DNA of 64,000 bases from Chlamydiota bacterium. GTDB lineage: Bacteria > Chlamydiota > Chlamydiia > Chlamydiales > SM23-39. Shown here piece by piece: positions 1-9,592 of this stretch. The position numbers and the translations under genes are program-made. Location: the NCBI GenBank assembly GCA_013285585.1, contig JABDHH010000002.1:8198-72197 (forward strand), written 5' to 3'. Positions within the stretch are counted from its first letter, which is position 1. Each line of letters opens with the position of its first letter. Below the pieces are notes generated by a model. The model was not told the origin of the DNA. It worked only from the letters and a program-made list of their open reading frames with translations, and did not search any database.

Positions 1-675
1 TTTTTCGGCGACTGCAAGGGCCATATCGGGGACGAGGATGCACTCTACTGGAGGGTCAGTGGCTTGATGAATGAACATAACGGTCTTTTCGATCGAACCG
101 GCCTTTTCAGCGTTGTCGATGAACGCCTGGTAGTCGTCGAATCGAAGCCCCATCCCGGCAAGAATGACCACATCGGCATTGGTCTGGTTGGCGATCCTCA
201 TCAACAAGAGATTATAAGGTTCTCCGGCAACGGAAAAAATCGGGATCTTTTGCGATTTGACCAAGCAATTGAAGATATCGATCATCGGAATGTTGGTCCG
301 GACAAGCTCTCGGGGCATGATCCTCTTGGTGGGGTTGAAAGAGGGCTGGCCGATGTCGACGGTCTCTCCTACGATTTCCGGCCCTTCGTCGATCGGAGCT
401 CCCGCGCCGTTCAATCGGCGGCCCAGCAACGAATCAGTAAACGTCGCAGCGATCTGGCGGCCCAGGAAGGTGACTTTATCGCCTGTAGAGATCCCGCGTG
501 TATTTTCGAAAACCTGCAACGTGACGAGATCCTCGTCGAAACGGAGAACTGATGCGAAGGTGGTGGTTCCATTGGCTTTATGGATCCGCGCTACCTCTCC
601 TAAGCAGACCCCTTCAGCCGCGACAGTAATCAGGTTGCCCCGCATGTCGATGATCCGGTCGTACACTTTCCTCAT
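1..675 (-). CDS. atpB: V-type ATP synthase subunit B, N-terminal 225 codons (3' end lies beyond the window start)
   Basis: Absent from the ORF track because it is open at the edge. My own translation from the ATG at 675 gives [22 protein letters not shown]...[19 protein letters not shown]...[13 protein letters not shown]..., typical of the A/V-ATPase B subunit. It lies directly downstream of atpA, as in Chlamydiaceae. Confidence 0.85.
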   Translation of the reverse strand, partial: MRKVYDRIIDMRGNLITVAAEGVCLGEVARIHKANGTTTFASVLRFDEDLVTLQVFENTRGISTGDKVTFLGRQIAATFTDSLLGRRLNGAGAPIDEGPEIVGETVDIGQPSFNPTKRIMPRELVRTNIPMIDIFNCLVKSQKIPIFSVAGEPYNLLLMRIANQTNADVVILAGMGLRFDDYQAFIDNAEKAGSIEKTVMFIHQATDPPVECILVPDMALAVAEK

Positions 676-703
676 GAACTATCTCTCATTTCCTATGAAT
701 TCA

Positions 704-2497
704 TTAATGATCAATTTTTCCTCTCGTCTTAGAATCGATCTTTTGTTCTACAGACTGGATTGCTGCTCGATAGCGTTCGGAATGGAATGGATTGAAGTTG
801 ATATTTTTGATGTCGTTTTGGAGATTGAGAAAGAAGCTTCTCGCCTCATCGTGGGCATCAAAATCGAACTCGGTGTCGAAAATCTTCTGAATCAATCGGA
901 ACATCTCGATCTGCCGCTCCAGAGGACAGTAAGCGTCTTCCTTATCGAAAGCGTTCTGCTGCAAATAAGCGAACTCGTAAAGCTCCGATTTGAGAAAGAC
1001 GATCATATCGACGAGCGCTACGCCTTCCTCGCCGACAACTTCCATCCGTTTGCCGATTTCATCCCCTTTACGAAGGATGGCGGCTGCCTTCCGGACCCGG
1101 TCAGCCCAGTTTGCGTACCGATCGTTGAGATTGCGCCCCACTTCGTCCAAGTATTTGGTCCAAGAGATCAAGGGATCGATTGCAGGATATCGCCGCGCAT
1201 CGGAACGAGCGCGGGAAAGTCCGTGGAAGGCTCCGACGATAGCGAGCGAAGCCTGGGTGACGGGCTCTTCGAAATTTCCTCCGGCTGGGGAGACGCTGCC
1301 GCCGATGGTCAGAGAGCCGGTCCGGCCGTTTTTCATCTCGATGACGCCAGACCGCTCATAGAACGATGAGATGCGGGAGGCGAGATAAGCGGGAAATGCC
1401 TCTTCTCCAGGGATCTCTTCAAGACGGCCCGACATCTCGCGCATTGCCTGAGCCCAACGAGAGGTCGAATCGGCCAAGAGAAGCACGTCGATGCCCATCT
1501 GGCGGTAATATTCTGCAATGGCGGCTCCCATGTAAACCGAAGCTTCGCGGGCTGCGACCGGCATAGACGAGGTATTGCAGATCATGACCGTCCGCTTCAT
1601 CAGAGATTCGTGCGTATGGGGATCGATGAGTTCCGGGAAGGTACGGAGAACTTCGACGATTTCGCCGGCCCTCTCTCCACATGCGACGATGACGACGATA
1701 TCGACAGCCGAATATTTGGAAAGGTGGTGCTGCATGACCGTCTTTCCGGCGCCGAATGGACCTGGAGAACAAAATGTGCCCCCTTTGAGAACGGGGAACT
1801 GGGTGTCGAAGATTCTAAGGCCAGTGTCCATCATCCGGCTCGGCTTGATTTTCCGCCCTTGGAGAAGAGGATTTTTGACAGGCCATTTTTGAACCATGGT
1901 GAAGGAGACTTTCCGTTCGGATTCATCGATGCCTTCTGCGATTTCGGCATCGATTGCGTAGATTCCGCTCTTTGCGACGCGGGTGATCGTCACCTTGCCG
2001 AAACAGGAAAAGGGAACCATGATGAGGTGCTGAAACCTCCCTTCAGGGACAGAACCGAGAGCATCGCCTCTCGTCAGGATATCTCCCGGTTTGGCAATCG
2101 GGGTAAAATCCCATTTTTTTTCCCGGTTCAGGGGCTGGATATAGATGCCGCGCGAAAGATAGACGCCCGTGGCATTCGCGACCTCTTCCAAGGGATTCTG
2201 CAAACCGTCGAAAATCGACGTGAGAAGGCCGGGTCCCAGTTCGGCTTCAAGCAAATGCCCTGCGAAATAGACGGGAGTGCCGAGCTTGACGCCGCGTGTA
2301 TCTTCAAACACCTGCATCTTCGCTTCTGAGCCTGCGATTTCGATCACCTCGGACAGAAGGAGGGAATTACCTACCTTGACCTGGGCTACCTCTCCCTGGC
2401 GGATCGAGCCATTGAATCGAACGTGCAAGAGGTTGCCGAATGCCTGGACAACGGTCCCGGTTGCGGTTTTTGGTTGGTCAATATCATTCATATTCAC
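704..2497 (-). CDS. atpA: V-type ATP synthase catalytic subunit A
   Basis: 597 aa. Walker A GPFGAGKT; ADSTSRWAQAMRE and SPAGGNFEEPVTQ motifs typical of A/V-type catalytic subunits. Confidence 0.95.
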   Translation of the reverse strand: MNMNDIDQPKTATGTVVQAFGNLLHVRFNGSIRQGEVAQVKVGNSLLLSEVIEIAGSEAKMQVFEDTRGVKLGTPVYFAGHLLEAELGPGLLTSIFDGLQNPLEEVANATGVYLSRGIYIQPLNREKKWDFTPIAKPGDILTRGDALGSVPEGRFQHLIMVPFSCFGKVTITRVAKSGIYAIDAEIAEGIDESERKVSFTMVQKWPVKNPLLQGRKIKPSRMMDTGLRIFDTQFPVLKGGTFCSPGPFGAGKTVMQHHLSKYSAVDIVVIVACGERAGEIVEVLRTFPELIDPHTHESLMKRTVMICNTSSMPVAAREASVYMGAAIAEYYRQMGIDVLLLADSTSRWAQAMREMSGRLEEIPGEEAFPAYLASRISSFYERSGVIEMKNGRTGSLTIGGSVSPAGGNFEEPVTQASLAIVGAFHGLSRARSDARRYPAIDPLISWTKYLDEVGRNLNDRYANWADRVRKAAAILRKGDEIGKRMEVVGEEGVALVDMIVFLKSELYEFAYLQQNAFDKEDAYCPLERQIEMFRLIQKIFDTEFDFDAHDEARSFFLNLQNDIKNINFNPFHSERYRAAIQSVEQKIDSKTRGKIDH

Positions 2498-3260
2498 TCA
2501 ATTTTTCTGCTTCCAATCTTCCTTTTTCCCGGTCGAGTCGAAACCAACTGTCTACGATGAGAAATCGGGCCACGTATCCAAGAACCTGATCGATCGAAAA
2601 AGGGGGGTCCCCATCTTCCATCTCTTCGATTTTTTTTAGGCGATACTCCAAGATCGCGCGGTCTAATTTTTCTGGATCGTGGGCTTTTTCTACAAACAAG
2701 ATTTTCAAATCTTCGAATTCTTTTGGAGGGATGAAATCGGCTGCGTCTTTTTGAGCCAGGATATCCGCGATGAAGGGATCGCTCGGGTCTTCGAATTGAA
2801 GCTCTCTGACGATGTCCCGACCGGTAGCTTTTGCCCTAAGCGCCGTTAGGATCAGCATTCGCTCCCTTTCAAAATGATAATACTTGCCCAAAAATCCCTT
2901 GAACTCTTCCCCTGTCTCCCGAAAGAGAGAGGCGACAAGAGAAGGGAATGCCTTGAGCCGCGTTTCCGTCGACTCATAACGGTCCAAAAATTCAACTAGA
3001 TACAAAGGAAGGTTATCGGGAACGAGCAGCGCGTCTTCGAGTTCTGTCGCCGTGAGATTTCCTCTTTCGTCCAATGGCTGTCCGAGCCATAAGGCCCGGA
3101 TATTATAAATGTCGATGGGGTGAAGGAGGATGCGCAATTTTTTCAAATCGGCAGGGGAAAGATTCAAAGAAAGAAGATCCTTCAATTCCTTGTGGGTCAT
3201 TTCGGGCGCCGACTTCAAGCTGAGCGGAGGAAGGGCCGGAAGCAAAAAATAATAAAGCAT
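2484..3260 (-). CDS. Conserved chlamydial V-ATPase operon protein (CT309-like; possible subunit C/d equivalent)
   Basis: 258 aa ORF between subunit E and subunit A, overlapping the atpA start by 14 nt. The position matches the hypothetical gene in chlamydial atpE-x-atpA-atpB operons. I recognised no catalytic motif. Confidence 0.6.
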   Translation of the reverse strand: MLYYFLLPALPPLSLKSAPEMTHKELKDLLSLNLSPADLKKLRILLHPIDIYNIRALWLGQPLDERGNLTATELEDALLVPDNLPLYLVEFLDRYESTETRLKAFPSLVASLFRETGEEFKGFLGKYYHFERERMLILTALRAKATGRDIVRELQFEDPSDPFIADILAQKDAADFIPPKEFEDLKILFVEKAHDPEKLDRAILEYRLKKIEEMEDGDPPFSIDQVLGYVARFLIVDSWFRLDREKGRLEAEKLSEYE

Positions 3261-3266
3261 CGCCGC

Positions 3267-3893
3267 CTATACGCTAAAAACGAGGTCTCGGAAATCCCGG
3301 CGTATGTATTCTGCGATCAGCTCGCGGACAACCACATCGGAAATATCGATCGTGATCTTGCGCCCCTTAAGACGCACCTGAACCCCGCCGGCGAAATCGC
3401 CTACTGCGATCCCCTCCTTTTTAACGCGCTCCAAGATTTGAGCGCTTAAGAGTGCGCTGATCGAGCGAGGGGAGATCGATTTCGGGATCACAGCGACGAA
3501 ATCGTCATCGATTCCTTTCTCTTCCATCATCCGCAGAAATGCGTTGAGAATGTGGGCGACTGTTTTCGGGTCTCCCATTTCTTTTTCAACCAGATCGAAA
3601 AGCTCGCGGTTAAATAGCTCCGTCTCGATTTTCTGCTTGAGTTGTTCGATGCCTTGGCGACAGGCCATCGCTAGCGTGGATTGGAAGACTTTTTTCTTCT
3701 CTTCGATTTCATTTTCGGCTTTGCGGATCGCAATTTCCGCTTGTTTTTTCGCTTCGCGAACGATTTCGGAAGCTGCGAGATGGGCGTTTTCAACGATCTC
3801 TCTCGCCTCTTGTTTGGCCGGCTCCAATGTCTCTTTTCTGAGGGCATCGCAGATCTTTTGTATCTTGTCCTTTCCTGTTTCCAATCCTTTCAT
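3267..3893 (-). CDS. atpE: V-type ATP synthase subunit E
   Basis: 208 aa. Highly charged N-terminal coiled coil (KQEAREIVENAHLAASEIVREAKKQAEIAIRKAENEIEEKKK) followed by a globular C-terminus. First gene of the V-ATPase block. Confidence 0.8.
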   Translation of the reverse strand: MKGLETGKDKIQKICDALRKETLEPAKQEAREIVENAHLAASEIVREAKKQAEIAIRKAENEIEEKKKVFQSTLAMACRQGIEQLKQKIETELFNRELFDLVEKEMGDPKTVAHILNAFLRMMEEKGIDDDFVAVIPKSISPRSISALLSAQILERVKKEGIAVGDFAGGVQVRLKGRKITIDISDVVVRELIAEYIRRDFRDLVFSV

Positions 3894-4224
3894 CCCGCCT
3901 CTCTAAATCATTCCTCCTCCATTCTACACCGCTTTCTATTTTTTTCCTAAGAAGGCGTTGAAAAATTCAGGTTTCGTCGCTTTTGTGATCCACAAACTCG
4001 GCGAAATCGAAGTTCATAGCGCTCTTTTTCAAAAGTTTTGAAAAGGAGCGCTAGGAACAATTTTCCTCATTTTATGGAGTCATGTTCCAAATTCGATTAA
4101 CCTAACTTGTTCTTACAAAGAGGTTTTTTACAATCTCTAGAAAAAATAGATAAAAAAATCTATAAATGGTATTTCCGAGTCGAAGGATTTCGGTGATACT
4201 TTTTTTCAACCTTGGAGGATTAGA

Positions 4225-4443
4225 ATGAAGAAGTTTACAATCTTAATGGCAGTCCTGGCGATGATGGGAACCAATGCCGCTTTTGCACAGAGCAACACCG
4301 GTAAAGCAGCCGCTGCCAGCGCAAACACAGGATCCAATAATATGGCTTGGCTCGTCGGCATAGGAACGGTTGGAGTCCTCGGTACGGTCGTTGGCATCAC
4401 TGCGGCTTCGGCCTCCAGTACGCCTTCTACTTATGGACACTAA
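4225..4443 (+). CDS. Small secreted/membrane protein, paralog 1 of a 4-member family (signal peptide, Gly-rich TM, C-terminal ...STYGH)
   Basis: 72 aa. RBS GGAGG 8 nt upstream. MKKFTILMAVLAMMGTNAAFA signal-like N-terminus; hydrophobic WLVGIGTVGVLGTVVGITAA; terminal His. Confidence 0.65.
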   Translation: MKKFTILMAVLAMMGTNAAFAQSNTGKAAAASANTGSNNMAWLVGIGTVGVLGTVVGITAASASSTPSTYGH

Positions 4444-4606
4444 GCTAGAGCGAACCACCTCCACTGAGAGAAGTGCTTCAAGCTTAGGCTTGCTAACCTG
4501 TTGTTGCAAAGCGGCTTTTTACAATTTGTAAAAAAACTGAATGAAAAATTGTATAACCTAGACAGTGGTCAACGGTTATACAATTTTTCAACTTCGTGGA
4601 GTTACG

Positions 4607-4837
4607 ATGAAGAAATTTACGATGTTCCTTGCAATCCTGGCGATGCTCGGAACCAATGAGGCTTTTGCTTTTGCAAGGGACAGGCCTGCCACGGGTAAAG
4701 GAGCTGCTGCTGGCGCAAACGCAGGATCCAACAAGATGGTTTGGCTCGTTGGCTTGGGAACAGCCGCACTTGTCGGCACGGTCGTTGGCCTTGCCGCCTC
4801 TTCTGCTGCGAGAGAGCCTTCTACCTATAGCCACTAG
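4607..4837 (+). CDS. Small secreted/membrane protein, paralog 2
   Basis: Internal ATG of ORF 4565..4837 gives MKKFTMFLAILAMLGTNEAFA...WLVGLGTAALVGTVVGLAASS...PSTYSH. It aligns with paralog 1, including the upstream leader. Confidence 0.65.
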   Translation: MKKFTMFLAILAMLGTNEAFAFARDRPATGKGAAAGANAGSNKMVWLVGLGTAALVGTVVGLAASSAAREPSTYSH

Positions 4838-4927
4838 GCAACTGATCGTGAATTGGATCCTTCCTTGGCCACCTGCGGCTCGTTGCTAGAAAGTCGGCGA
4901 TGTGACATAAGGAGCTTCGGGGGGATC

Positions 4928-5167
4928 ATGATCCATCGAGCTTTGCTTGTCATCTTGGCTTTGGCTTTTTTTACTACTGGATTTGCCCAGGAGGTAAGAG
5001 ATCCGCAGAGGTCCTCTCGGCGTGGAGAAAGCGCAGGCTATGGATCTCGGGATGCGACCGTCCTATCCATGATGGGTTGGGGAATCGGTTTAGGGGTGGG
5101 AATTGCGACCCTTTGCGCTTTGATACCCAACAATACGGGCGCCAGTACTGCCCATTCATCACATTAA
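4928..5167 (+). CDS. Small secreted/membrane protein, paralog 3
   Basis: ATG at 4928 preceded by AAGGAG. MIHRALLVILALAFFTTGFAQ signal, GWGIGLGVGIATLCALI hydrophobic segment, ends ...STAHSSH. Confidence 0.55.
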   Translation: MIHRALLVILALAFFTTGFAQEVRDPQRSSRRGESAGYGSRDATVLSMMGWGIGLGVGIATLCALIPNNTGASTAHSSH

Positions 5168-5185
5168 CTGTTAAAATAGGTCGAT

Positions 5186-5884
5186 ATGGCCCTTCGTTTG
5201 ATTCTCTCTTTGATTTTCCCCCTCTATCTGATTTGCTCATCGACAACTCCCATCCCGCTTTTCGATCCTCCGGAGGGTTGGGAGTGCGCGATTGCCGACA
5301 ACCTATCTCCTTGTATCCAAGTGGGATTCCTTGGCAAGGGATCGACCGCTTTCCGTCCGTCTGTCAACCTCGCGATAGAAGAAATCGATGTCAGCCTCAA
5401 GGAATACCTCAAAGCGGTGAAAGAAATCCACCTTGGGACTGCCGGGACGACTTGGCGGGATCTTGGAAAGTTCAAAACGCGTTCTGGAGAAGGGCGCCTT
5501 ACCGAGATCGGCACGAACTCTCCTCTCGGTCCCGTCAAAATGCTTCAAATGATCGTGATCTCGGGACACACCGCCTATATCCTTACAGGAGCTTCGATCA
5601 AAGAAGATTTTCTCCGATTCCAAGAAACATTCATGAAGACCTTCCAATCTCTCCGCCTGGCCGGGGATCTTTTTTCCCTTCTTCCTGAAGGGAAAAAAAA
5701 GCAGTTCGAGACGTTTTTTTCAAAGCTAGGGCAATCGATCGCAGACGATAGAGAACGGGAAGCGAAATGGGCCGATTTGCAAAAATTAGTGATCCAAGAA
5801 GCTCCCGAAATGGGAAATTACTGGCAAATTCTCGTATTGAAATCGGGCAGGGAAAAAATCTACAGCGATACTCAAACACAATAA
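5186..5884 (+). CDS. Hypothetical exported protein
   Basis: 232 aa with a hydrophobic N-terminus (MALRLILSLIFPLYLICSS). No motif recognised. It is embedded in the small-protein cluster. Confidence 0.5.
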   Translation: MALRLILSLIFPLYLICSSTTPIPLFDPPEGWECAIADNLSPCIQVGFLGKGSTAFRPSVNLAIEEIDVSLKEYLKAVKEIHLGTAGTTWRDLGKFKTRSGEGRLTEIGTNSPLGPVKMLQMIVISGHTAYILTGASIKEDFLRFQETFMKTFQSLRLAGDLFSLLPEGKKKQFETFFSKLGQSIADDREREAKWADLQKLVIQEAPEMGNYWQILVLKSGREKIYSDTQTQ

Positions 5885-6014
5885 GACAGAAAAGGACGCG
5901 ATCCTGTGGAGCTGAGCAGCCATTTCAATGTATTTGAGTATAAAACATAGACAGAATATAGGGAGCTTAAGACAGGTTCTTAGAGTATCGATATCTCTTC
6001 GGGAAGGTTTCTTC

Positions 6015-6218
6015 ATGAAAAGATTTCTTTTTTTGTTTACTCTTATTGCAACGATGTCCGGGCTTACCGCTCAGGAAACAGGTGCCGCAGCGGCCAGTTC
6101 CGCCGAAGCGACCCAAAGCAGCAACTGGCAGAATTGGGTATTCGCTGGCAGCGCGCTGGTTACTGCTACGGCCGGTGTTGTGATCATCTCACTCAATACC
6201 GGCAATACATCACATTAA
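6015..6218 (+). CDS. Small secreted/membrane protein, paralog 4
   Basis: ATG at 6015 gives MKRFLFLFTLIATMSGLTAQ...NWQNWVFAGSALVTATAGVVIISL...NTSH. Same architecture and same terminal His. Confidence 0.55.
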   Translation: MKRFLFLFTLIATMSGLTAQETGAAAASSAEATQSSNWQNWVFAGSALVTATAGVVIISLNTGNTSH

Positions 6219-6254
6219 TGACGTAAACAACCATCGACGACAAGCGTGGAGGCT

Positions 6255-6480
6255 TTTTGACACCCAACTCCGAAGAGCGGTGATTTATGGTCAGCCGTGG
6301 CTGCCACTTTACGGACGATTTACCTCGATCCGAAGATCTAGCGCCCGTTGCTCAACCGATAGATCGAGCAAGAGTCAGATTTAAGCGTCTGTTTCTTGCA
6401 CCAGCCCGAAGGCTTAACAAATAGGGTCGGGATTACTCCCGAGGCGGAGACAACTCAATGCCGTTGCACACCCTAAGATG
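6255..6480 (-). ncRNA. Candidate structured RNA of unknown class
   Basis: A 347-bp gap free of convincing ORFs. On the minus strand there are three C(UUCG)G tetraloop hairpins (plus-strand coordinates 6403-6414, 6327-6338, about 6268-6277) and a 6-bp TTGCTC/GAGCAA hairpin. Boundaries are uncertain. Confidence 0.3.
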
Positions 6481-6565
6481 TGCATAAGTTTAAGAGTGAG
6501 AACATTTAAATACAAGGAGCGCCTTCCTCCAACAGCACAAGGCTGGTGGCTTCCGGCGTTAAATT

Positions 6566-7045
6566 TTGATGAAGTTCATCCCTTTTTTGATCGCACTTTT
6601 GGCCGGCTGCACTGTGTCAACCCCTTGGAAGTTCGAAACCATTGCGACAGGAGAACAAGTCTTCGACTCGGCTCGGATGATCTATAGCGAGAACGACTCC
6701 CCTCTCCACTTTGAAATCGTCCGTCTGGAAGAGGGACTCGTAGCATTTTTGAATCTAAAGAAATTTAAGTTCAATACTCCGGACGATGTGACCATTGAAT
6801 TTGAGATCGGAGAAGAAAAGTCCGAAATATCCGTCCCTTCCCTAGAAGGGCGGATGCGCCTCCGAATCCCCTCGGATACGGCGGAACAGATCATCCTGGC
6901 CTTGCAAGAAGGCAAGGAAGTCGCTATTATGGTCGAGGGTTTTGAACAGCGGCTCCAACCTGAGCGCTTTATCAAGCAATATCAGAAGCTAACTGGCAAC
7001 AAAGCTATTTTCCGAAATCCCTTTAAAGGAATTTTTGATCCATGA
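6566..7045 (+). CDS. Hypothetical lipoprotein
   Basis: 159 aa. Lipobox LLAGC after a hydrophobic N-terminus ([16 protein letters not shown]). Stop overlaps the tal start (ATGA). Confidence 0.6.
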   Translation: MMKFIPFLIALLAGCTVSTPWKFETIATGEQVFDSARMIYSENDSPLHFEIVRLEEGLVAFLNLKKFKFNTPDDVTIEFEIGEEKSEISVPSLEGRMRLRIPSDTAEQIILALQEGKEVAIMVEGFEQRLQPERFIKQYQKLTGNKAIFRNPFKGIFDP

Positions 7046-7998
7046 GCATGAACCAACTCGAACAATTGAAAAAATTCACTACCGTCGTCGCCGACACGGG
7101 AGATTTCGAAACCCTGAAACATTATCATCCAACCGATTCGACGACCAATCCTTCCCTTATTTTTGCAGCGAGCCAACAGTCGCAATATAAACACCTGGTC
7201 GACGATGCCATTCGCTACGGCAAGGCGAAGGGAGACAAGAGCGTCGGCCATGCCCTCGATAAAGTGTTCGTCAATTTCGGGATTGAGATTCTCAAACTCA
7301 TCCCGGGACGGGTCTCTACCGAAGTAGATGCCCGACTTTCCTTCGATGTAGAGGGAAGCATTGCCAAGGCGCACCACCTGATCTCGCTTTACGAATCCTC
7401 CGGCATCGACCGGAAGCGGATCTTGATCAAGCTCGCCTCCACATGGGAAGGAGTCTTAGCTGCCCGCGAGCTTGAAAAAGAAGGGATCCACTGCAATATG
7501 ACGCTCATGTTCAGTCTCTCTCAAGCGATCGCTTGCGCGGAAGCAAAGGCCACCCTCATCTCCCCTTTCGTTGGCCGTATTCTCGACTGGCACAAGAAAA
7601 ACGATGGCGTCGCTTCCTACCCTCCGGCTGAAGACCCAGGAGTCAAATCGGTAACCCAGATCTTTAACTATTATAAAAAATTCGGCTTTAAAACACAGAT
7701 CATGGGAGCCTCTTTCCGCAATAAAGACGAGATCCTCGAGCTCGCAGGCTGCGACCTCCTCACCATCGCCCCTCCCTTCCTTGAAGAACTCAAAACTTCG
7801 TCGGCCCCTATTTCCCGTAAACTCGATCCCGAAAAGTCAAAATCGGCTCCGATCGAGAAGATCGCCATCGATGAGAAGTCCTTCCGTTATCTCCTAAACG
7901 AGGACGCGATGGCGACTGACAAGCTCGCAGAAGGGATCCGCAACTTCGCCAAAGACATCGTGAAACTAGAAGCGATCCTTAAGCAGAAAATGGGGTGA
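7042..7998 (+). CDS. tal: Transaldolase
   Basis: 318 aa. VVADTGDF...[14 protein letters not shown] and [11 protein letters not shown] motifs of class I transaldolase B. Confidence 0.93.
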   Translation: MSMNQLEQLKKFTTVVADTGDFETLKHYHPTDSTTNPSLIFAASQQSQYKHLVDDAIRYGKAKGDKSVGHALDKVFVNFGIEILKLIPGRVSTEVDARLSFDVEGSIAKAHHLISLYESSGIDRKRILIKLASTWEGVLAARELEKEGIHCNMTLMFSLSQAIACAEAKATLISPFVGRILDWHKKNDGVASYPPAEDPGVKSVTQIFNYYKKFGFKTQIMGASFRNKDEILELAGCDLLTIAPPFLEELKTSSAPISRKLDPEKSKSAPIEKIAIDEKSFRYLLNEDAMATDKLAEGIRNFAKDIVKLEAILKQKMG

Positions 7999-9078
7999 TC
8001 AAGCCTTATCTTGAGGCAGAGCGGTAGGCTCACTCTTAAAAGTTCGAACGGGATTACCCAAGACCCAGTTGCCTTTAGAATCTATAGGAAAAAAGTTCCA
8101 GAGACTTAGTTTTTTTCCGATCCACGAGGAAGTAGTAAGGTATGGATTAAAATACGCGGAAAAACCAACTACTTCTATACCGCTGACATGACGAGAGACT
8201 TTTTCTGCTAAAGAGTTGTTTCCGGTCGCAGTGTTGCAGCTAGCGAGGATCATTTGCGCATCGGGTTGTAAGTGTTTTCTTACGCAGGCAGTTTCGTAAC
8301 TTTGCCCTTCAAAATAAGCATAATCGTTTAGCTTTATATGATTTTCACCCCCATGGCCAAGAATAGCGAGGATATCCACATGGCCCCTAAGCGCTTTTTT
8401 CCCCTTCTTGGCAGCATCGCATACAGGAGTATTTGAATCAGGATCGGCCCGATATGTCCGTACATCGCAATTGCGATAGAGTTCTTCTGCAAGAGGCCAA
8501 GAATGATCCCTTAGCATATCCCCCCATTGGCTTGAACTTCCATCGATAATGACTGCGCGGCAGTTTTTCTTCTGCCCAGCAAGGGACTCTATAGAACGGT
8601 GCTTTAAAATGAAGTACTGTTGTTCAGAATCAAGAGATCTGTATGCAACAAGACCTAAAGCTATGTTTTTGATGGCATGCGCCACTGAGGCCAGTCCAGC
8701 GATTCCAATGCCGCTTAAAACGGTTCTTTGGGATGAGCTTGAGTAACTTATGTCTAAAGCTTTATCCACACCAGTGATGCCGATTTTGAGAGAGCGGATA
8801 CTTCCTATTGCTGCTGATGCGAACACTCCAGCATCTGCCAACAAGCTCACCCCTACCCCAAAAACAGGCGAGATAAGAGAGATCCGGCCTATTGTCAACA
8901 ATCCAATTGGATGCGCAAAACTCAAGGACTCGAGAACTGAACGATAGGATAAACAACAAAGGGCGAAAGGCATCAAACTTATCGGAATATTGACCAAAGG
9001 CAGAATAGAACTTGTCCGAGTCAACATAGGCAAGACTGAAGGTAAATGGGACAATAAATTTAAATTTTCAATTCTCAT
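7999..9078 (-). CDS. Membrane protein with a C-terminal His/Cys (CPD/peptidase C80-like) domain
   Basis: 359 aa. The N-terminal ~170 aa are strongly hydrophobic. The C-terminus has ILAILGHGGENHIKL ... AQMILASCNTATGNNSLAEKV, a clan-CD-like His-Gly / hydrophobic-block-Cys pattern. Confidence 0.45.
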   Translation of the reverse strand: MRIENLNLLSHLPSVLPMLTRTSSILPLVNIPISLMPFALCCLSYRSVLESLSFAHPIGLLTIGRISLISPVFGVGVSLLADAGVFASAAIGSIRSLKIGITGVDKALDISYSSSSQRTVLSGIGIAGLASVAHAIKNIALGLVAYRSLDSEQQYFILKHRSIESLAGQKKNCRAVIIDGSSSQWGDMLRDHSWPLAEELYRNCDVRTYRADPDSNTPVCDAAKKGKKALRGHVDILAILGHGGENHIKLNDYAYFEGQSYETACVRKHLQPDAQMILASCNTATGNNSLAEKVSRHVSGIEVVGFSAYFNPYLTTSSWIGKKLSLWNFFPIDSKGNWVLGNPVRTFKSEPTALPQDKA

Positions 9079-9133
9079 ATATATTTATTACAAATAATTT
9101 ATAAAATTAATTTACATTCATTTATTGCAACTG

Positions 9134-9397
9134 TTATTCAGAATCAAGAGATCTATATCCCAAAACAGGCGGGGTAAGAGAGATTAGATGCGCACTACTC
9201 AAGGGGAGTAAATGATAAAAAAACTTTTCATGAAATTGATTTTGATGATAAAAAAATGCTAGCCCCAGCACTATCGCAGTTATTTTCAAAGACATCAGAG
9301 TTATTACCGTAGGTACCACACTTGTCCGAGTCAACATAGGCAAGACTGCTGCAGATAGATGAACCAATAAATTTGATTTTTTAATACACATATACAT
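9134..9397 (-). pseudogene. Truncated paralog/fragment of the 7999..9078 gene
   Basis: 87 aa. LPMLTRTS and YRSLDSE segments, and the DNA string ttcagaatcaagagatct, are shared with the neighbouring gene. It lacks the C-terminal domain. Confidence 0.45.
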
Positions 9398-9552
9398 TTA
9401 TCATAGATAATTCATAAAATGAACTTATTTGGTATTACATTCATTTATTATGACTTTTTTTCAACTAAAACTAAAAAAAAATAGGATCCCGTTATCTATT
9501 TATTAGGATTGTGGCCAGCCGACAAAAATCAACTCCTGGACTCTCCGGGGGC

Positions 9553-9583
9553 AGAAAAAACCCCTTCCGGAATAGGGAAGGGG
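9553..9583 (-). terminator. Rho-independent terminator downstream of rpoC
   Basis: Minus strand: CCCCTTCC-loop-GGAAGGGG followed by TTTTTTCT, beginning 10 nt after the rpoC stop. Confidence 0.75.
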
Positions 9584-9592
9584 ATGCGATTT

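Noticed and set aside
64-1369. Plus-strand ORFs 64..552, 257..1369 and 990..1361
   Set aside because: They lie antisense to the clearly recognisable V-ATPase B and A genes. Their sequences are low-complexity and R/S/P-rich, which is typical of shadow frames. They carry no motifs.
6220-6565. Tested the structured gap as RNase P RNA, tmRNA or SRP RNA
   Set aside because: - RNase P: no GGAAAGTCC-type motif.
- tmRNA: no GGGG... 5' end, no T-arm/CCA-proximal tRNA-like end, and no plausible tag ORF ending in AA.
- SRP: the CCGGAAGCCACCAGCC stretch only loosely resembles SRP domain IV.

Kept only as an unclassified candidate.
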